NCBI GenBank assembly: GCA_002269645.1
Contig: NIVC01000385.1
Coordinates: 62,001 to 126,000, forward strand
DNA length: 64,000 bases
Direction: 5' to 3'
From: Macrostomum lignano
Lineage: Eukaryota
Made by a program: the position numbers and the translations under genes. The notes below the pieces were generated by a model. It was not told the DNA's origin. It did not search any database and was given only the letters and a program-made list of their open reading frames with translations. Within the stretch, counting starts at the first letter, position 1; the number at the start of each line of letters is the position of its first letter. Below, piece by piece: positions 25,031 through 38,939 of the stretch.

Positions 25031-25444
25031 CGTCCAACCCCCGCACACTGCTCCCCCCACTTCATTCCTCAACTCAAGTCTGCCGCGGCGTAGCTGAGTT
25101 GCGTCACTCGCAAAGATTGAGAGATTTTACCTGCACTCTTAAAAGTGGCGACCACAGACGGAATCTTCCTGTGATGGCGACTTTTCGATGTTGCTGAGTA
25201 TATTTTGTTGCGTTGTTGTTGTTGATTGACTGTACCAATTATGAATGTATCTAAGCGTTAACCATTGAATATACAGATCTCAAATCGAAAACCATTGACA
25301 GTATGAATATCGTCAGCAAAAGTGCAAAAATTTTCGCCTCGCGTGTTTGACAGTCGCTCGATAGGTTGCGAAACGATTGTTGCTGGCCAAGCCTAGCTAC
25401 TATCACAGCGGCTCAGGCGTTAAAGGAAAAAACTCGAGCTGACT

Positions 25445-25542
25445 TACATGTATGCCGTGCTTGATATTCCAATGCATTATAGTAGCGTACATGTATGCCG
25501 TACTTGATATTCCAATGCATTATAGTAGCGTACATGTATGCC
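25445..25542. repeat. 43-bp tandem duplication (2.3 copies)
   Basis: TACATGTATGCCGT(G/A)CTTGATATTCCAATGCATTATAGTAGCG at 25445 and 25488, with a partial copy at 25531. Confidence 0.9.
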
Positions 25543-26884
25543 TACAAGTCCAGCTGCCCATTCTCTTTCCCCCAACGCCTCTGGGCCGCGCCTGTCTTCG
25601 GTTATCAGATGCGTATCTCTCTTAGCGCAGCCTTTCTCGCTAATCCTGTTTGCTAATGCATCTCCGTGCTTCTGGCAATTCCTTTGCCCCCAGCGTGCGG
25701 CATTCGCTGCTGCGGTTTTTTGAGTCTTCAATCTTGTGAAGCATTTCCGTTTTTTGTAGATTATTCATCCGTTCAATGCATGCTCAATGGGAATTCTTGT
25801 GGCTTTGCTTTTTATTGTAGTTTTGTAACTCACTATTACTGTAACCCATTTATAGGCAAGTAGTCTATCTTGTCTTGATGCAAACTAAAAGGAATATAAT
25901 GACTCTATTGATTGACCTTTTTTGAAGATTCAGTTGAAGCAAAACCGTTTTTTACCCTTTTATTATCTGTAGCTACTTTTATACGATTTCTGGGTGTTTT
26001 TTTCGGATAGTTTCGAATGCTTCAGAAAGTTTCGGATTATGAGAAGCGAGAGAAGAGCTCAGATGAAGCTGGCTTAGCGCAGCTAAGAGCTTTGAGTCTC
26101 GGTTCCCATGCAAAGCGAAGACAGTCGCTGGGCTCGCTATTGGGATTTGGATTAATGAGGATAGCAGAAAACTGCATGCGTGAAGAAGTCGCCAAGTTTT
26201 TTGAAAGAGATGAAATTCGGTTTGGTGCCTATATTGAAACTTTTGCGCTTCTACCGGGCTCTGCTCACTAATAATCGGCTCTCAACTCAGAAAACTAGTT
26301 TGTTAAAAGCAGGTACACCTAAATTTAAAAACGTCTGCGTCTAATTATACTAACCTCCGCTACTATGTGCCAATCGAAATTTTATACATGTAGTATTTGA
26401 TGCAATCTAAGGATATATATAAAATTATGCACTGCAGTACTTGTATCCCCCACTTGCCCCGGGCGAACGTCTATGGTCTCAGTGTAAATTTCATTTATTT
26501 GCATCGGTGCAAATAAACGGTTTATTTCACTCGCCCAAAGACAATATTATTTTAAACGCTGTTTCTAACTGCTCACTTGGCTACATAGAGAGAATTGTCT
26601 GAAACATTCACCGCATGTCTGAATCTGCAGAATATGGAATAGAAATTCTGCTATAGACCATAGGCATCAAATCATTTTTTTTAAATTGTCTTAACGTTCT
26701 TAAATGTGGGGGCTCTGCCCTCACACCTCCGCAAGGGGGCTAAGCGCCCCCTTGACCCCGCTTTCCCTGTTACGCTGCTTCTACGTTTAAGTGGTGGATA
26801 CATCACATATTCCCCGTTAATACCAAGTGTCTAGGTAATGGGGAATATATACCATTTATTGACTCGTGTGCCTTTGCAGAGTCC

Positions 26885-27075
26885 GGTCTGATTGGCTCAG
26901 TGGTGTCACGTCTGACTCTTATTCGAAAGTCCCTGAGTTCGATCGGTTTCGCTCGTGAGGACAGTCGTTAGATACCAGCGTGAGACAACTTATTAGGATC
27001 AACCCCCAAGGTACATAGTGTGTCCACTGCCTGATGAGGACCATTGTGCACCCTGTGTGCGTATCTGTGCGTGCT
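26885..27075 (+). mobile_element. tRNA-headed SINE-like element related to the SINE family
   Basis: A-box-like TGGCTCAGTGG and B-box-like GAGTTCGATC, followed by CCCCCAAGGTACATAG..TGCCTGATGAGGACCATTGTGCACCCTGTGTG, which resembles the SINE core. Confidence 0.55.
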
Positions 27076-28007
27076 AATGGGTCAGAGGGACTCCTTGCTG
27101 CATGGCTTCGAAGACTGCGAATTGACTTTCGCGTCGGTCCCTAGGCTCACACCGATTTCATTCTGGAATAGCAAGGCTAATTTGAGCGCGCGCATACACC
27201 AACCAGCATGAAAACTCAACCGAGGCTCATTATGGTCGGTTTGTTCAAAAAGCGCTGATCTGCAGGAAATTCCGTTAGCCAAGTTCGCCGCAAGCTGCAA
27301 ATATCGCTCGAACCTTTCCTGTCTTTTTGCATTCGCAAATAACCAACCGGCTGCCGAAAAAAATTAAATCAAGGGAACAGCTTAACCTGCATAATCATCG
27401 AGTTTGGGGGCAATTTAACTCTCCAGCTCACCACTAGTAACACCAGAAGGGCGAAAAATGATGCCTTTGTCTACATAAGTTCTTCATAGTTTGTCAACAC
27501 TTTTGTATCTAGCAGTAGAGCTATCTGAGACCAAGTAAGTTCCACATAAGTATATCCGTCCTGTTCGCGAAAAGAAAGCCGCGTTTTTTATGGTTATGTT
27601 TCAAACTCGGATTTACTAGGTTTACTAAATCAACCTCGAAACACATACGATTGTTCGATATAAAACCATTATATGGTTTAATATGGTTTATGGTTTTTAA
27701 TATGGTTTAATATGGTTTAAACCATTAAATTCAGTGTTAAACAGCTGAAAGGAGCAAGTCGGCCTTCAGAAAATTTTGCACGACTCACAAACGCTTCAGC
27801 TGGTGCCTGTCAGAGTATCCCGCAGCGCTATAACTAGAGAAGAACCCAATCGCAGAGCGCATACTTTTGTGCAAGACCTCAGAACCAATGACAGACGCCC
27901 CACGAAGCTGCTGTCTGACTTCTTATTCTAAGCGGGCGAGCTCCAACGCCCCAAGTCGGACTTCAGACTGAACAGAGAGGCTGCTCAAAAGGCGCTCTCG
28001 CTCTCTC

Positions 28008-28529
28008 ATGGCCGAGCCCAGCACGGCCACCTGGCTGGCGGACGAGCATCAGCAACAGCTGAAGTATCCCGTGCATCGGCATGTCCTTTTCAGCGGAGCG
28101 GGACGGGACATTGGCGGCGGTGGCCGCCACGGGGGCGACGGCTTCGCTCCGTTGGAGTTCAGTGCCAGCGGCTGGGACGCCAGCGAGATCGGCCTGCTGG
28201 TCATCGCCTGCCTGCTGCTCTGCACTGTCGCCCTGCTCACTCTGCTGTCGCTTGTCTTCTGCAGGAAACGCAACACTGTCTTTGTGGCGGACGGCGCCTT
28301 TCCCGGTGAAGTCGGAGCGACAGTTCGGCGCCTGGAGCGCGCCAAGGAGCAAGAGATGATCGAGCTGGACTCGGTGCTGGCCGGCCTCGACGGTTGCAGC
28401 GACAGTGCAAGCGCTGAGGTCGAGGACTTCGACAGCGAATCCGGGAGAGAAGATGAGGAGGACGACACGGTAACGGCAGCTGACGACAGATGGCTCCTGC
28501 GGGATGCTGAGCGTGCTAACAGAGTTTAG
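28008..28529 (+). CDS. Orphan single-pass membrane protein, 173 aa, single exon
   Basis: GC-rich ORF in AT-rich flanks. One hydrophobic segment (IGLLVIACLLLCTVALLTLLSLVF) is followed by CRKR (positive-inside rule) and an acidic tail. AATAAA at ~28579. Confidence 0.75.
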   Translation: MAEPSTATWLADEHQQQLKYPVHRHVLFSGAGRDIGGGGRHGGDGFAPLEFSASGWDASEIGLLVIACLLLCTVALLTLLSLVFCRKRNTVFVADGAFPGEVGATVRRLERAKEQEMIELDSVLAGLDGCSDSASAEVEDFDSESGREDEEDDTVTAADDRWLLRDAERANRV

Positions 28530-31500
28530 CTGTGGAGCTTCTGCATTTTAATTCAGTTATTGAGGCACTTTTGACTCTAATAAATGTTTATGTACTCATC
28601 TTGTGATTACAATCAACTCATGACAGATCCTGAGCAAGCTGTTCGAGTGTATTTACCTGTCTTCGAAGTAGACTGTTCCAATTTTAAGGCTCTAGTCAAC
28701 TGAATGAATTGCAGGCAAAGTGCTAAAAGGGGTAAGGTAAAATTTCATCATTTGTACAGGCTTTTACTTTGGCTATCAGAATATTATGGTTATTATCCAT
28801 ATTCAACGAACAAAAATGTAATTCTGTAATGCAATTTTAATCAGCTGCAGCAGAAATAGATTAGAAGCATATTTAATACTTCAAAGCTATTTTTATCTTG
28901 ATATTAACTTAATATTTATATTTTCATAGCCATGGCTGAACTCGCGGAAGCACTGCCAATAATTGATGATCCCCTTTTTCAGCCAGCCATGTGTTCGTCT
29001 GCCAGCAGGCCCTTTCAGCTGAGAATGCTACTGGGTGCTCCGTGAGCTCTTGGTTGCCGCGAGCATTGAATTGAAAAGAAGAAAAAAATTATTAATTCTG
29101 AGAGCATACTGAGCATGTATATTCATTTTTATTTAGTAAATAACTAAGGATTATTTACTGTTAGTCGATTATTCACAATGAATTGCTTCACCCGAAAACC
29201 GCACAGAGCCTGCAGAGACGTGCAATGGTAGGTTTGAGTAGAACTGGAACTGGAATAGTATTAAATTAGAAAGAAAACCCTAATATTAAATTCATACCAG
29301 TTTTTCTTTGAATTCAAATTGCGAATCGTTTTTCTGGAATTATAATTTTTTCATTGTATTCTAAAATTTTCTAAGAGAATTGACGGCTCAGTTTATTAGC
29401 TGAGTGAAACTATGAAAGTGAGCGGCAAATAGCAATGAGTTCGTATTGAGAACTTGACTGTCTTGTCTTGACAAATTACAATAACAATTCGGTATAATTA
29501 TATATTAGTTAGGAATTTAGAAGAAATCCGTCAAAAGGAATTTTCCAAATTGCGAACTTTTTGGTTGATGCCACCTGGCCTCCTGGTTTTCAGTTGGGCA
29601 TCAGGGTTTTTGACCCAGGATGCCCAATGGCACTGCATTTCTGACGAAAAACCCAGTTGGCCAACATCTTTCCTGCTGGACTCAAATGTTGACTTATGTA
29701 TCAAGCATTTCTTAAGTTAGAAAAGTTTTAGAAGAAGCAGAAGCAGAGTTCCATGGCAAAATGCTTGCAAATCCTATTTGATCTCTTTGATGCATCGTTG
29801 TAAAACGCTAATTTCTACATGTAGACCCACAGTGTATGGTACAGTTTATGGTAAAAACCTACTTACCGTTGAGAAAATCAGTTAGGACTTAGGAGAACAT
29901 AATTTAGCGAGTATCACCATAAACTTGCCATCAGCCAAACGTTTCTTTGCAATTTTTAGGAGTTTTACCAAAGTTTTACCAAAGAAATGCATGCAAATGA
30001 AGAATGGAGTTTTTCGTTTTTAAGCACAAATTTTGTACTTGCTTTTAATACAAGGTAGACCCAATGTTCATCTTTAGATATGACATTCCCTTCTTACAGC
30101 TCTATTGATATTTGTAGAGTATTTTCAGGAAATCATACAGGATTCTATGTTTATTTTATATCCTAAGTACATGTCTGGTGCCTACAAGTCACACAAAACT
30201 TACATGCACAACTAATTGATTTATTCGTTTAATGAATCTTTTTGTCATGCTTAGCTAATAATAACAAAAAAATTAATTGTCTTTACACTCAGTATAGTGA
30301 GCCTTCGTTAACGTAGAATAAAAGGCTTTAATTATATTAATGTATAGCTAATATAGGCCATGCTTCTGAAAAAGCCTAGCCTAGTCAATATTCTCTTATT
30401 TGTCCGAATGTTGAACAGTTGAACAAAATATTCATAAAACGAATAAATCAAGTTGTATCAGTTTTTCATGATGTTTAGGCACACGACAGACACATATAAG
30501 ATCTAAAACTGTCACATAAACCTAATTCCCCGTCATGTATTTTTTCAGTAAAACCGGCCTCCCTAAATTTTCCTAGAAACGTTGTTTCCCGTCCTTCTAT
30601 TTTACGAGCTAGAAGTCCTTGGTATAAATATTTTTACTCTAGCGCACGATTCAAACTGTCGAAAAATAATAGCAAATGGCAAAGGTTGCCATCGCACAGC
30701 TTATTTACTCCTGCGTCCATAGTAGAGTGCTCAAAATTCCAAAATAAAATCGAAGCCCTTCAGAATTAAAAAGCGTATTTATATTGGAGTGCAGCAATGA
30801 GTGCAGAGCTTATAAAAATGAAGACAGCTCTATTGTGAGCAACTCAAAGCATGATGGGAGCAGCCCAGTGTGGCGAGGCTGGCGGACTATTATTAATGGA
30901 GTTTTGGGAAAATCGAGAGTAGATGCTGAATTCCTGTGCGCATGCTTTTAGCTGAGATTCTGCGCCCTTCCGCTTATTCTCATCCTCATGCACAAAGGCA
31001 GAGCTGAAGGGCAGAGTTAACCAGAGCAGCGAAGAGGCTGCGGTTGAAGTCACTGCCTGCCAGCAGTTGGCGACAAAAACAGCCCCCAGAAACTTCAAAG
31101 ATTGCTTAATAAGCTTTTGTAGGGCCGTTCTTTCCATTGCGAACACGAGTATTGCTCGAATCGAGGCATTGAGTTAACTATAGTACACCTTGAGATCTAC
31201 AGTGTATATCAGCACAAGTGTGCGCAAGTCGCTGGGTGAGCATTTATTGGAGCCGATCTTCTTCTGAGTTCGTTTAAAGAGTAATTTTGAAAAAAACATC
31301 TGATACACTGCGGGATGTTTAGTGGAAACCCGCCGAATACTCTGCCATGAAAACTGGGTTTCCACAGCTGATACACTGCATGCGGGATGTTTAGTGGAAA
31401 CCCACCGAATACTCTGCGGTGGAAACGGGGTTTTCGGACAGCAAAAAAGTCAGAATTTGGATGTTTCATTGTGCATTTGATTGATATTGTAGCAGCATAA

Positions 31501-33309
31501 AATCATTGAAAACATTTATTAGAAGATGTTTTAACTATACCACTTATAGTAGCGAGTGCTAATTTTGATAGCTGAGAACTAAGTCCATAAGTCCTGTTCG
31601 TGATGTGTAAAGTTCTTTCGGAAAATTGTCAACAGTCAAAGCATTATCACATGAAGATCCGCGTCTCCCCTCATTCTTTAGTGAGGAAAAACTTGTCAAA
31701 GGCTCGAAAGCTACCACTAAAAATGCCTAACCGGTGCTTGTGATTCTGTGAAATGTTTTTTGAATTTCAAATACGCATCATAGTGAAGCAACAATTAATA
31801 ACTGATATATATACTTTAATTTCTTTCAAAACTTGATATATTTTGTTAAGTAAACTGTGCTGTTGCAAGATCAAACCAAAGTGGCACTGTCGATGTACAT
31901 CAGAGCGGTTACAGTTTGCGGGTGATGAAAGCATCGCATAGACCTGTCAAATTTGAATGAGCCGTGCCTGCCACTATTAATGCTGTGGTCGATAATTGCA
32001 TGCTCGCCAATTAAAGTTGCCAGCACATTTTCTAGGGCTGTAAAAATAGGGAAATGTACGTATGAAGTCCTTGATAAAAATTAGGAGGGAATTTCTGTCA
32101 GTACAAAAATAATAATCGCGGTATTTTTCAAAACATTCATTCTCTTTTATACAAACTTCTGCAACAAGTAGATGAAAGCAGTGGAAGCATTAGGTATAAT
32201 ATTTGGAACGTCTTATAGCTTAAATCTTGTACTGAGACGGATTAAAAGCCTCTATATTGATTGACAGTGTCATAAGTGCTTTGGTGCTCTCCTGAAAATT
32301 CTGTGAAGGGTGACAGATTTCGTAATATTGTTTTGTGCAGCTGCCAGTCTTTGGGCAAAAACGATAGTCACTCGCTGCCCGAACCACTCAGGCAAAATAC
32401 GGTCGCAAGTTTGCTTCTGGAAGACAAAAAGGCTTAAGTACTTGGAGCAGGTACATGTAGTATATAGCAACTTCTGTGGAGTAAAAGGAGGTACGAACCA
32501 AGAAACAAAAGAGAAAATAAAAATAAAGCCTATTACTAATAATTTTACTAATTGCTTGCAAAACTTTTCTGTAGAATCCAACCTATGGAGAAGGCAGTAA
32601 ACATACTTTAAAAGATTGAAGCACTGCAGGGATTTAAGCCGAATAGCGATATAAATTGTCTTACATGCTGGCATCAACTGCGAATGCGAAATAAACGAGC
32701 GCCTTACCAACTTCTTATTAACGTCGAAGAAGCGCTCAAGATATTTCAGTGTGAGGGAAGGTGTTTTGCGGGCCATTCCACTGAAGATGACATCGGGTGG
32801 AGAGCAGACAACTTGTACGTCTTCCAAGCTGAAGCCCACATCTTTAGAAAATCGAGAAATTTGAAAAGTGAAAAACTGTGGACAACACGATGCAACTTTC
32901 ACATGAGTTTTCTGCTCATTGTGGATTTGGCAGTCTATTGTACGGGACAGTGTTTACTGCTAGGAATTTTGTGCACTATTTCAAATTTTCACTTTCTACA
33001 GTTCTCTAGGTTTACAAAGTAACTCTGTTTTTATTGCATGATTAAAAACTGCCTGTAAATAGACAGGCGGAGAATTGATGATCGCATCTTCAACTCCAAG
33101 GACCCCCACCTACACCATTTTGCACACTCAGGGACGGCTTAAGTATCGTCCTTAAGTAGTCCTTGTTTGCTCTAATGATGAATTTTCTAAACTGATAGCA
33201 GCTGTTTGTGAAAGAATTTCGTGCCTTACATTCGGCTCCATAGCATAACATAAATATGAAAAACAATAATAACTGTGAGGAACAGAATGTTACAAAATAA
33301 TCGGAAGCA

Positions 33310-34510
33310 TTAACTAAATTTATTGTTCCTATTGTTCTTGATGCTGGGCAGCTGGCCCTTTGGCAGGAACATCTTGTGCGTACTCTGCTGCTGCTTTGAG
33401 CCGTAGAACTGTTGCTGCTTGCTCAGAGACTGATTAGCAAAGCCCAGCGCTGTGCCCGCGTCCGCCACGACGTTGCTTCCGCCCAGCAGAGCGGCGTGTC
33501 GCACAGCCGCGCCGGCTGCCATGGGGTGGTTGCTCGATGCCGCCAGCGCCCCGTGGCGATGAGGCTGCACCAGGCTGGGGAAGCTGAGCGCTGCGCCTCC
33601 GCCGCCTGCCAGTCGCGACTGCTGGTTTTGGCCATAGAGCTGCCCCATCCGGCGCCGGCGCAGCCGCTGCTGCTGCAACTCCTTCGCGTTGAACTTGTTG
33701 CCAAGCACGCTGCCGGCGGCCCCGACAGCTGCGGGACCTGCCGCCATAGCTGGCGCATCCAGGACGGGCGTAAGTTTCCCCCTGCCTGCATCCGGCGCTG
33801 GAGCTAGGCTGCTGGTTGCCATGGTTACCTTCTGCCCAGCAGCTGCAGGTGACGGGCCAACACTGGTGGATGCTGTGGACACTGCTGCAGCGGCGGCCTC
33901 TGCCTGGCCGGAGCTTGCAACTGGTGCAGTGGCGACAGCGGCTCCGCTACCAGCCGTTGCTCGCTTTTGCTTCTGTTCCTGCTGGAACTGCTGAATAGCA
34001 GCTGCCAACTCGCCTTTTGGCCGAAAGTCCCTGAAATAGGGTAGCTTGAGCAGACTTCGTGCTGAGGGCCTGGAGTCTGGATCATACTCCAGCATCTTCT
34101 TCACCACCTCGGCGCACTGGGGGCTCGCATTGCTGAGGAGGCTGTCTAGCCCAGTGCCCCGCTTCACTGCGAAGTTGTAGGAAATGTGCCGTGACTTGCC
34201 CTTGAACTTCAGCAGAACGTCGGACATTGGCGTGCCCAGAATGTCGTGTATTTTGGCGATCTGATCGACCTCATTGGATCCGGGAAATAGCGGGCGCAGT
34301 GACGTCACCTCGTAGATTACGCAGCCGGCACTCCAGATGTCCATTGCGGCGCCGTAGAAGCCGTCCGTCAGCAGACACTCCGGTGCCCGGTACCACCTTG
34401 TGCTGATGTACTCAGTGAAAGGCGGGTGGGATTTTACCGACCGACAGGAGCCAAAGTCGGCCAACTTAAGCCGATCATCGCGAATTAACAAGTTTTCCGG
34501 CTTAACGTCC
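33310..34510 (-). CDS. MOK: MOK kinase, exon 2 (rest of catalytic domain plus low-complexity tail)
   Basis: TTGCAG| acceptor restores HRDVKPEN. Continues LKLADFGSCRS..PPFTEYISTRWYRAPECLLTDGFY, with the TEY activation loop of MOK. TAA at 33312-33310. Confidence 0.95.
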
Positions 34511-34599
34511 CTGCAATGAATTGTTGAAAATGTTCGGACCTAAGTATTCACCCAAACTGCTTTTGTATTCTAGCTAGCAATCTTATGAGCGTATATAGT

Positions 34600-35257
<658 letters not shown>

Positions 35258-35478
35258 ATCTACGGTACGTCTTCATACTACCTTTATTCATGTAGCTCTT
35301 GCCACTTGCGAGTTTTCAAAATCACTGCACGGAGACATTTTAATTTCCAAGAGCTTTATACAGCCTATAGAGCTTTGTTTTGCATTCAATTTTATCGTTT
35401 AAAGCGAGGAATTAATTTTAAGATCGAGTAAAACTAAAAAACAATGGCAAATGTTTTCAAATATATTCTGAGCCTTAC

Positions 35479-35870
35479 CGGTGAAAGATGCCCAGTTTGT
35501 GCATATGGTCAATGCCTCTCATCATTTGCCACATGAAAGCCTGAACCTTAGCTTCAGGCAAATGGTGCCTGCGGCCGCGAATGAACTCGTACAGGTTCAT
35601 GTCCATCAGTTCCAGCACCAGCACCAAGCTGCCTGACCGCTTGTCGTACACTATCTCCTCCAGCTGGACGATGAACGGGTGGGGGCTGAGCCGGCGCATG
35701 GCCTGGATCTCCCTCAGGGCATTCACCTGCTCCCAGCTGCTGTACGAGTGCTTCATCTTCTTACAGGCGTAATACTTCTGGTCTTTGTTCCGCTGGCACT
35801 TTAAAACTTCTGAAAAGGTGCCTTCGCCCTTCTTTCCAAGTACTTTGAATTCTTTAAGAATGGCATTCAT
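35479..35870 (-). CDS. MOK: MOK/RAGE (MAPK/MAK/MRK-overlapping) kinase, exon 1
   Basis: Reads KKGEGTFSEVLK..YACKKMK..VNALREIQAMRRLSPHP..LVLELMDMNLYEFIRGRRHHLPE..GIFHR. Donor CG|GTAAGG, phase 2. Confidence 0.93.
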
Positions 35871-36409
35871 GGCTTGTTTAGAATTGAATGCAGCTTATTT
35901 AGCACCATGGAGTGACGGGTTCATTTGGCTGTTCTTCCGTCATCAGTACAGCACGTTTTCTGCAACTATCGTGTAGGAACAAAATCATTAGTTGATTGAA
36001 ACCATCTGGAAATCTTACGCAGAAAGAAGGCACACAAAATATTCGATGCAGGTCAATAAAATTGCTGCTATAACGAAAAAAACTTTTTTAAAAGTATGTT
36101 TGTTGAAAAAAATTTGTTTGAAACAGAATTTAACTAGTCTAACTGCTTCATGTTCAGTATCAATTACAAAAAGCTAAATGCAGCAAAAATTAATGATCCC
36201 TGCTATTTTACTTTTTTGGTCAGGTGTTCTTTTCCTAATTAGCTTTGGAAAATTAATAAAATCCTATATACTAAATAGTATTGCTATGACTCACAGACAG
36301 TAGGTTTTTAATAGGTTTGTCTTTGACAATAACTAATTGTAACCCTGAAATAGTGGTTAGGCATACAAACAGTTTATAAAAGCTAAACGGAGCCAATCAA
36401 AGACAATAA

Positions 36410-36848
36410 CAGGCGCGTCGCCACCGGGGGGGGGGAAGGAGGAACATGCCCCCCCCCCCAGTAAAAGCTATGGGAGGACATGCCAATACTTTGCCCCCCC
36501 CCACCCCACCTTGTGACTCGTTGTGGTAATCAATAATTTTTCTTCAGGGCGCCAAAATATAGCGCCATCGGCGCCAAAAGGAGTGCCTGCGGCGCTAAAA
36601 TGAGTGCCTGCGGTGCCAAAAAGAGTGCCTGCGGCGCCAAAAGGAGTGGCTGCGGCGCTAAAATGAGTGCCTGCGGCGCCTAAAGGAGTGCCTGCGGCGC
36701 TAAAACGAGTACCTGCGGCGCAAAAATGAGGGCTGACAACACTATTCTCGAAATAATGGAGTAGGAATTTAGCATGTACATGTGTACATGTTGAATTCTT
36801 GGCTTTGTCCAATGTCCCCCCACCATAAAATCCATGGCGACGCCCCTG
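36410..36848. mobile_element. hAT-type MITE with 8-bp TSD and internal 20-bp repeats
   Basis: Termini CAGGCGCGTCGCCA and TGGCGACGCCCCTG are imperfect TIRs, flanked by the exact direct repeat GACAATAA (36402-36409 and 36849-36856). Internal GAGTGCCTGCGGCGCCAAAA-like repeats occur at ~36560-36725. Confidence 0.9.
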
Positions 36849-38312
36849 GACAATAATATAATAATTCGAACAATATTCCTTGTTTAATTGGGTTACATTT
36901 TTATTTTCATTTCTTTCTGTAGTTAAAAATTTTGCTTATAAAAGTCTTCAAAATTTCAGTTTTAATGACAAGGTGCTCGTATCATTTAAACATAGACTAG
37001 TAATTTTGAACTTTAAAAGTTATATTTATATAACTATTTTATCCTTTAGTGACACTGAGTTATAGTTAAAGAATTAAAAACCACCTAGCTGATAGTTCCT
37101 AATATGGCTTTTTTTCAGTGATAAAAAATATAGTCATCCGAAATAAAATATTTAAAATACACTTTTTTCGTTCTCCATGCTGCCGTGTAAAATAAAAAGC
37201 TAGTTATGCTATGTTAAAAATTGAAATAGATTTTTAAAGGAGAGCTCTGTTCATAGTTATATGGCCTTCTTTCTTTTATTTTTCGTTTTGATGGCTGCGG
37301 CAGCCGGTTGTCTTCAGGTTATAAGTTTTTAAGTTCAGGTTTTCAAAGCCTTTCATGGCATATATCTTTACTTTTGTTTGTCCCTGTTCATGCAGTTGCA
37401 ACCTTACATTTATGAACTATAAAAAACATCAATTTGTACCATTAAAAGAGTTGATAGCTCTGAAGTTGATCGTCTTATTTGAAGAGCAAAGAGAAAAGAT
37501 TAGCCCGATGGTTGCTTGGCCCTTCGACACGTGAAAAATTATGGAAACTTTTCAAGACAAATATTTTTTGTAGTCTTCAGTAACGCAATTCTTACAAGCA
37601 AATTAAGTCTTTCTATATTGTATAATGTAAATTTAACGAAATTGCATTGACTAAAATTAGTTACAAATTAGCATGGTCAAAAATACTATGAACTTTGTTA
37701 ACCTTTTCTAAAGATCGACTAAAAAATGAGTGATTGGGCAAAATTTTCTTGGAAAGTATTTTACAAGAAGTATTAGGTCCGTTCATAAAGCCTATGCTAA
37801 ATGAAAGGAATAGCTATAGCTTGTATTGATTATTAATCCAGCGTATTTACTGCTGCGTGTTTAGGCCTAGGTCCCTTAACCCGACGCACTAGTAAAATTA
37901 AACCCGACCAGATGCAGAGTTTGGCCTAATCTAAATAAACTAGGCCTGTCTGTGATTGCTGTCTTATTGACTTGAATCTTGATTCCAATCTTTTTTAAAA
38001 TTTCCTAGGCCTTTAAGTTGAATAAAGCTAGGTTGCTAGACTCCTAAAGGGTGATATTTTCATCATAGGCCAAGTTTAGTAATCAGTATTATATTGTCAA
38101 TTTGTGATTTGTCATTGATTGAGTAATCTGGTTAACTTATTAGGCCTAGTACCATTTAGCCCAACTGATAATTAGACTAAAAACGAATAGTATAGTAGAC
38201 CTAAAAGAGGAATCAGTCGAACAAAACTAATTGGTTTGGTTCTAGAATCTAGTGCCTATCTTTTTTATCTAACTAATTATCCAAATAGGTAGGCAGGCTT
38301 AGGCCTATTGGA

Positions 38313-38421
38313 ATGGCTACTGCCCAAGGAAACATAGGATTCTGTTTTTTTGAGGGATCTGTTGATGATGCAATTAAGAAAGTAAAAGAATCAAAGACAT
38401 GTCTTCTTGTTTATGTTTATG
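38313..38421 (+). CDS. UBXN4: UBXN4 (erasin) exon 1
   Basis: MATAQGNIGFCFFEGSVDDAIKKVKESKTCLLVYVYG resembles the UBXN4 N-terminus (WFQGAIPAAI..VFVVFVAG). Donor G|GTAAGT, phase 1. Confidence 0.8.
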
Positions 38422-38939
38422 GTAAGTAATAAATATTTTGTTTTTTTGTCCCAATTTCTTTATGGCCAAACTTGTTGCTAAACCTAAATAAGGCCTATTT
38501 AGTTTGTTTCAAAGTCAAAGATGGCCTATATTCGACACTCAATAAGGAAATATAACAATTAAACACATTATAGGCCTTTTATAATTTGATGCTTTTAAAA
38601 AATGGAGGATTGAGATTAAATAGTCAAGAAGACTAGGGATAATGAGATTATAGCTCATAGGGCCTAGTCAAGAAATCAAAATTAAGGAAAGAACAATGTA
38701 GCATTTCTGGATAACTTGAGAAAAACAAAAATAGTTATATTGTAAGCATGATCCATAGTCCAGAAGGTGGCCTTTATGCTAGAATTTTCTAGCATATTTT
38801 TGTTCTTACTGACAATCTTGATACTTGGCATATAGAATAGTGATAGACTGAATGTGGATTTTTGCAAGTTTCCAAAACCAAATCCGAATCTACAAAAAAA
38901 ATCCAAATCCAAATCCAAATGTTTCCAAATGTAAGAAAA

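Noticed and set aside
26708-26762. GC-rich hairpin as a terminator
   Set aside because: The context is eukaryotic. It is more likely a small repeat-derived hairpin and cannot be assigned.
26885-26960. Functional tRNA gene
   Set aside because: A/B-box-like motifs are present, but I cannot fold a proper cloverleaf and the sequence continues into SINE core.
27025-27090. Hammerhead ribozyme in the SINE-like element (CTGATGAG), by analogy to schistosome Sm-alpha
   Set aside because: There is no GAAA after a stem II. In related copies CTGAC pairs with GTCAG as an ordinary stem.
30844-31146. 100-aa minus-strand ORF
   Set aside because: No recognisable motif, splice partner or clear coding bias. 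Insufficient support.
33412-34085. Antisense and alternative-frame ORFs over MOK (likewise over BET, UBXN4, GPCR, SLC12A8 and the 28008 gene)
   Set aside because: These are shadow ORFs caused by GC-rich coding sequence and have no recognisable motifs.
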